Assembly (NCBI GenBank): GCA_036398695.1
Contig: DASWOL010000204.1
Coordinates: 345 to 64,344 of the forward strand
Length of the DNA: 64,000 nt
Reading direction: 5' to 3'
DNA from: Cellulomonas sp.
Lineage (GTDB): Bacteria > Actinomycetota > Actinomycetes > Actinomycetales > Cellulomonadaceae
Each line of letters opens with the position of its first letter. Positions within the stretch are counted from its first letter, which is position 1. The translations under genes and the position numbers were made by a program. Positions 61,458 through 64,000 of this stretch are shown here, piece by piece. Below the pieces are notes generated by a model. It worked only from the letters and a program-made list of their open reading frames with translations, did no database searches and was not told where the DNA came from.

Positions 61458-62603
61458 TCAGTAGAGGCGGGACTCGTCCGCCTTCGTGTAGGCGCGGATC
61501 TCGTCGAGCCGGCCCTCGCGCACCTTGGTGGGCCACTCGGGGTCGGCGAGGAAGGCGCGCCCGAGCGCGACGAGGTCGAGCTCTCCCTCCTCGAGCAGTT
61601 TCACCAGCGGCGCCAGCGTGAGGGAGGGTGCGAGGGCCTCGTCCTCGCCGCGGAACGCCTGGCGCACGCCGACCGATCCGATCGCGACGACGGGCAGCCC
61701 CGTCACGTGCTTGGTCCAGCCGGCCAGCGTGCGGGGGCTGCCGTCGAACGCGGGCAGCCAGTAGCGGCGCGTCGAGGCGTGGAAGGCGCTGACCCCGGCG
61801 TCGACCAGCGGGGTGAGCACGGCGGCCAGGTCGTCGGGCGTCTGCGCGATCCGGGCGTCGTAGTGGCCGCCCTTCCACTGGGAGAACCGGAAGACGACGG
61901 GGAAGTCGGCGCCGGTCCGATCCCGGACGGCCGCGACCACCTCGGCGGCCAGGCGGGCCCGGTTGACCGGGCTGCCGCCGTAGCGATCCGTGCGCCGGTT
62001 GGTGCCCTCCCAGAGGAACTGGTCCAGCAGGTAGCCGTGCGCGCCGTGCAGCTCGACCCCGTCGAACCCGAGGCGCTGCGCGTCCCACGCGGCCTGGGCG
62101 AACGCGGCGACCACGGCGTCGATGTCCGCCGTCGTCGCGGGCTCGCCCACCGGGCTGCCGTCGGCGCCGACTCCGGACGGGCTGAGCACCGGCGCCTCCG
62201 GATGCGGCTCCGCCCCGGGCTTCCGGGCGGCGCCGACGTGCCAGAGCTGCGGCATGATGCGGCCGCCCGCCGCGTGCACCGCGTCGACCACGCCGCTCCA
62301 GCCGGCCAGGGCGTCCTCGCCGTAGAACCTCGGCACGCGGCCGATGGTCCCGGCGGAGGGATGGCCCACGTAGGTGCCCTCGGTGATGAGGAGCCCGGCA
62401 TGCGGCGCCCGGCGCGCGTAGTACGCCGCGACGTCCGGCCCGGGCACGCCTCCGGGCGAGAACGCGCGCGTCATCGGCGCCATGACGAAGCGGTTCGCCA
62501 GTTCCAGGCCAGAGAGCCGGAAGGGCGTGAAGAGGGGAGCGGGATCGACGCCGTCCAGCAGTGTCGAGGGGGTCGCGGGAGATTCGGGAACGGCGAGGGT
62601 CAC
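61458..62603 (-). CDS. NADH:flavin oxidoreductase (Old Yellow Enzyme family)
   Basis: 'NRFVMAPMTR', 'QLWHVG', 'ELHGAHGYLLDQF', 'NRRTDRYGG'. Confidence 0.93.
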   Translation of the reverse strand: MTLAVPESPATPSTLLDGVDPAPLFTPFRLSGLELANRFVMAPMTRAFSPGGVPGPDVAAYYARRAPHAGLLITEGTYVGHPSAGTIGRVPRFYGEDALAGWSGVVDAVHAAGGRIMPQLWHVGAARKPGAEPHPEAPVLSPSGVGADGSPVGEPATTADIDAVVAAFAQAAWDAQRLGFDGVELHGAHGYLLDQFLWEGTNRRTDRYGGSPVNRARLAAEVVAAVRDRTGADFPVVFRFSQWKGGHYDARIAQTPDDLAAVLTPLVDAGVSAFHASTRRYWLPAFDGSPRTLAGWTKHVTGLPVVAIGSVGVRQAFRGEDEALAPSLTLAPLVKLLEEGELDLVALGRAFLADPEWPTKVREGRLDEIRAYTKADESRLY

Positions 62604-62635
62604 ATGACGCGCCAATCCGCCAGCCTCCTGGCGTA

Positions 62636-62685
62636 TTCCCGACGCACGCCGGGAGTGTTCCAAGAGTGTTCCCGACGCACGCCGG
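62636..62685. repeat. 17-bp direct repeat pair upstream of the OYE gene
   Basis: TTCCCGACGCACGCCGG at 62636 and 62669 (33-bp period). Confidence 0.7.
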
Positions 62686-62689
62686 CGAG

Positions 62690-63859
62690 TCAGGCCACGC
62701 GGGTGCCCCGGGGGAGCGTGCGCTGCGGGATGGACAGGCGCCGCACCGCCGTCACCACGCCGGCGGCGCCGAGCAGGACGTTGAACGCCAGTCCCCACGG
62801 CCAGATCGGCGCGCTGGACGGGCTCGACGTGCCACCGGGCGGGTCGATGAGGCCGGAAGGGCCCCAGCACTGGTTGAACGTACGGTCCGCTCCCCACCGG
62901 GCCTCGCGTACGGCCTCGCGCAGCACGTCGAAGGGCGAGCTCGTCTGGGACGCGCTGGTGCTCGCCGGCACGGTGGAGCCGTCCGCGACGACGACGAACG
63001 GGTTGACCGCCAGCAGCCACCAGGTCCGCTCGGTGTGGGCCACCGACTGGACCTGGGTGGACCAGTCGCAGTCGGCCGCCGTGGTCGGGCGGATGGCGGA
63101 CGACGAATCGAACACCTGAACCTGCTGCTCGCCCTGGATGGACGGGTAGGTCACCCCGAAGAGGATCGGCGTGAACACTGCGAGGGCGGTCACCGCGGCG
63201 AACGTCAGCACGGTCGAGCCGGCCGTCCGCGCGGTGAGCGCGGAGAATCCGATGCCGATGCCACACAGCGCCGCGAGCAGCACCGCGATGAGCACGAGGA
63301 CGGCGATCGACGACCGCACCGGTGTGCCGCCGAGCGCGAGCGCCAGGACGAAGAACGGCAAGCTTGCGACGAGGAACGCCAGTGCGGCCACCCACGCGGC
63401 GAGCACCTTGCCGAGCACGATCTCCGCCGGCGACAGCAGCGTCACCTGGAGCGTCGCCAGCGTGCCGGCGTTGCGGTCGCCGTTGACCGTGGTGGACGTC
63501 AGCGTCGGCGTCACCAGCAGGCCGAGGCCGAGCACCAGGAACGAGACGACGGCGAACAGGATGGGTCCACGCCCGTTGGTCGGCCCGCCTCCCGTCAGGG
63601 TGCCCAGGGCGCCGGTGGTCAGCACCGTGATGGCCCCGACCACCACGAACCACACGACGAGGGCGACGATCCAGCGCGTCGACCGCACGCGCTGGCGCAG
63701 CTCGAGCCGTGCCACCGTCCGCACGCCATGCCAGGTCACATGCCAGGTCACGTGCCACGCCACGCGCGAGCTCACGCGCCGGGCCCCGCGGTGCGGAACC
63801 ACCGGTGACGCCGCCGGCGTTGCCGCAGCTCCGTCCTCGAGGTGCACCAGCCCGTTCAT
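62690..63859 (-). CDS. ABC-2 type exporter permease
   Basis: 'LELRQRVR', 'GDRNAGTLATLQVT', 'EIVLGK', multiple TM. Confidence 0.88.
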   Translation of the reverse strand: MNGLVHLEDGAAATPAASPVVPHRGARRVSSRVAWHVTWHVTWHGVRTVARLELRQRVRSTRWIVALVVWFVVVGAITVLTTGALGTLTGGGPTNGRGPILFAVVSFLVLGLGLLVTPTLTSTTVNGDRNAGTLATLQVTLLSPAEIVLGKVLAAWVAALAFLVASLPFFVLALALGGTPVRSSIAVLVLIAVLLAALCGIGIGFSALTARTAGSTVLTFAAVTALAVFTPILFGVTYPSIQGEQQVQVFDSSSAIRPTTAADCDWSTQVQSVAHTERTWWLLAVNPFVVVADGSTVPASTSASQTSSPFDVLREAVREARWGADRTFNQCWGPSGLIDPPGGTSSPSSAPIWPWGLAFNVLLGAAGVVTAVRRLSIPQRTLPRGTRVA

Positions 63860-64000
63860 CGCCGCTCCTCGTCCAGCGCCAGGTACGCCTGCTCCAGTGC
63901 GCCGCCCGCCGGCGCGATCGAGACGAGCGGCACGCCGGCCGCGACGGCGTCGCGCACCAGGCGCGCCGCTCCCTCGTCCCCGTCGACCTCCAGCAGCACG
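63856..64000 (-). CDS. ABC exporter ATP-binding protein, C-terminal end (truncated by window)
   Basis: '...GVPLVSIAPAGGALEQAYLALDEERR*'; ATGA overlap with the permease. Confidence 0.7.
   Translation of the reverse strand, partial: VLLEVDGDEGAARLVRDAVAAGVPLVSIAPAGGALEQAYLALDEERR

Noticed and set aside
63720-63762. 12-bp repeats (WHVT x3) in the permease N-terminus
   Set aside because: Short in-frame slippage duplication with no evidence of function

Overview
High-GC (actinobacterial, Cellulomonas/Micrococcales-like) chromosomal segment. The core backbone is dnaK-grpE-dnaJ-hspR with HAIR operators, class Ib RNR nrdHIEF with tandem NrdR boxes, upp/tadA, two tRNA-Ser genes, SRP RNA (ffs) and dnaX-recR-DUF5063. 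Interspersed is a notable anaerobic redox toolkit: the end of a PFOR with a fused ferredoxin, a single-chain NfnB-NfnA-like transhydrogenase, and a ~1050-aa [FeFe]-hydrogenase with an internal GltD/NfnB-like NAD(P) module. The hydrogenase lies directly upstream of a three-gene ABC importer, has a Rex-like box upstream, and has no hydEFG in the window. Other notable elements: a flavinylation module (ferric reductase-like + FMN-binding + ApbE); a 1240-aa ECF sigma fused to a ZAS domain, a TM helix and an extracellular region; an Asp23/AmaP/CsbD stress cluster with two matching putative ECF promoters; an AbiEi/DUF559-type nuclease gene bracketed by related palindromic repeats; an 'empty' pair of long hairpin repeats; three intergenic tandem arrays; and a low-GC islet at the tRNA-Ser(GGA) 3' end containing a PA14-like gene fragment. 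No CRISPR array, integrase or transposase was recognised. All family assignments are by motif recognition, not database search.
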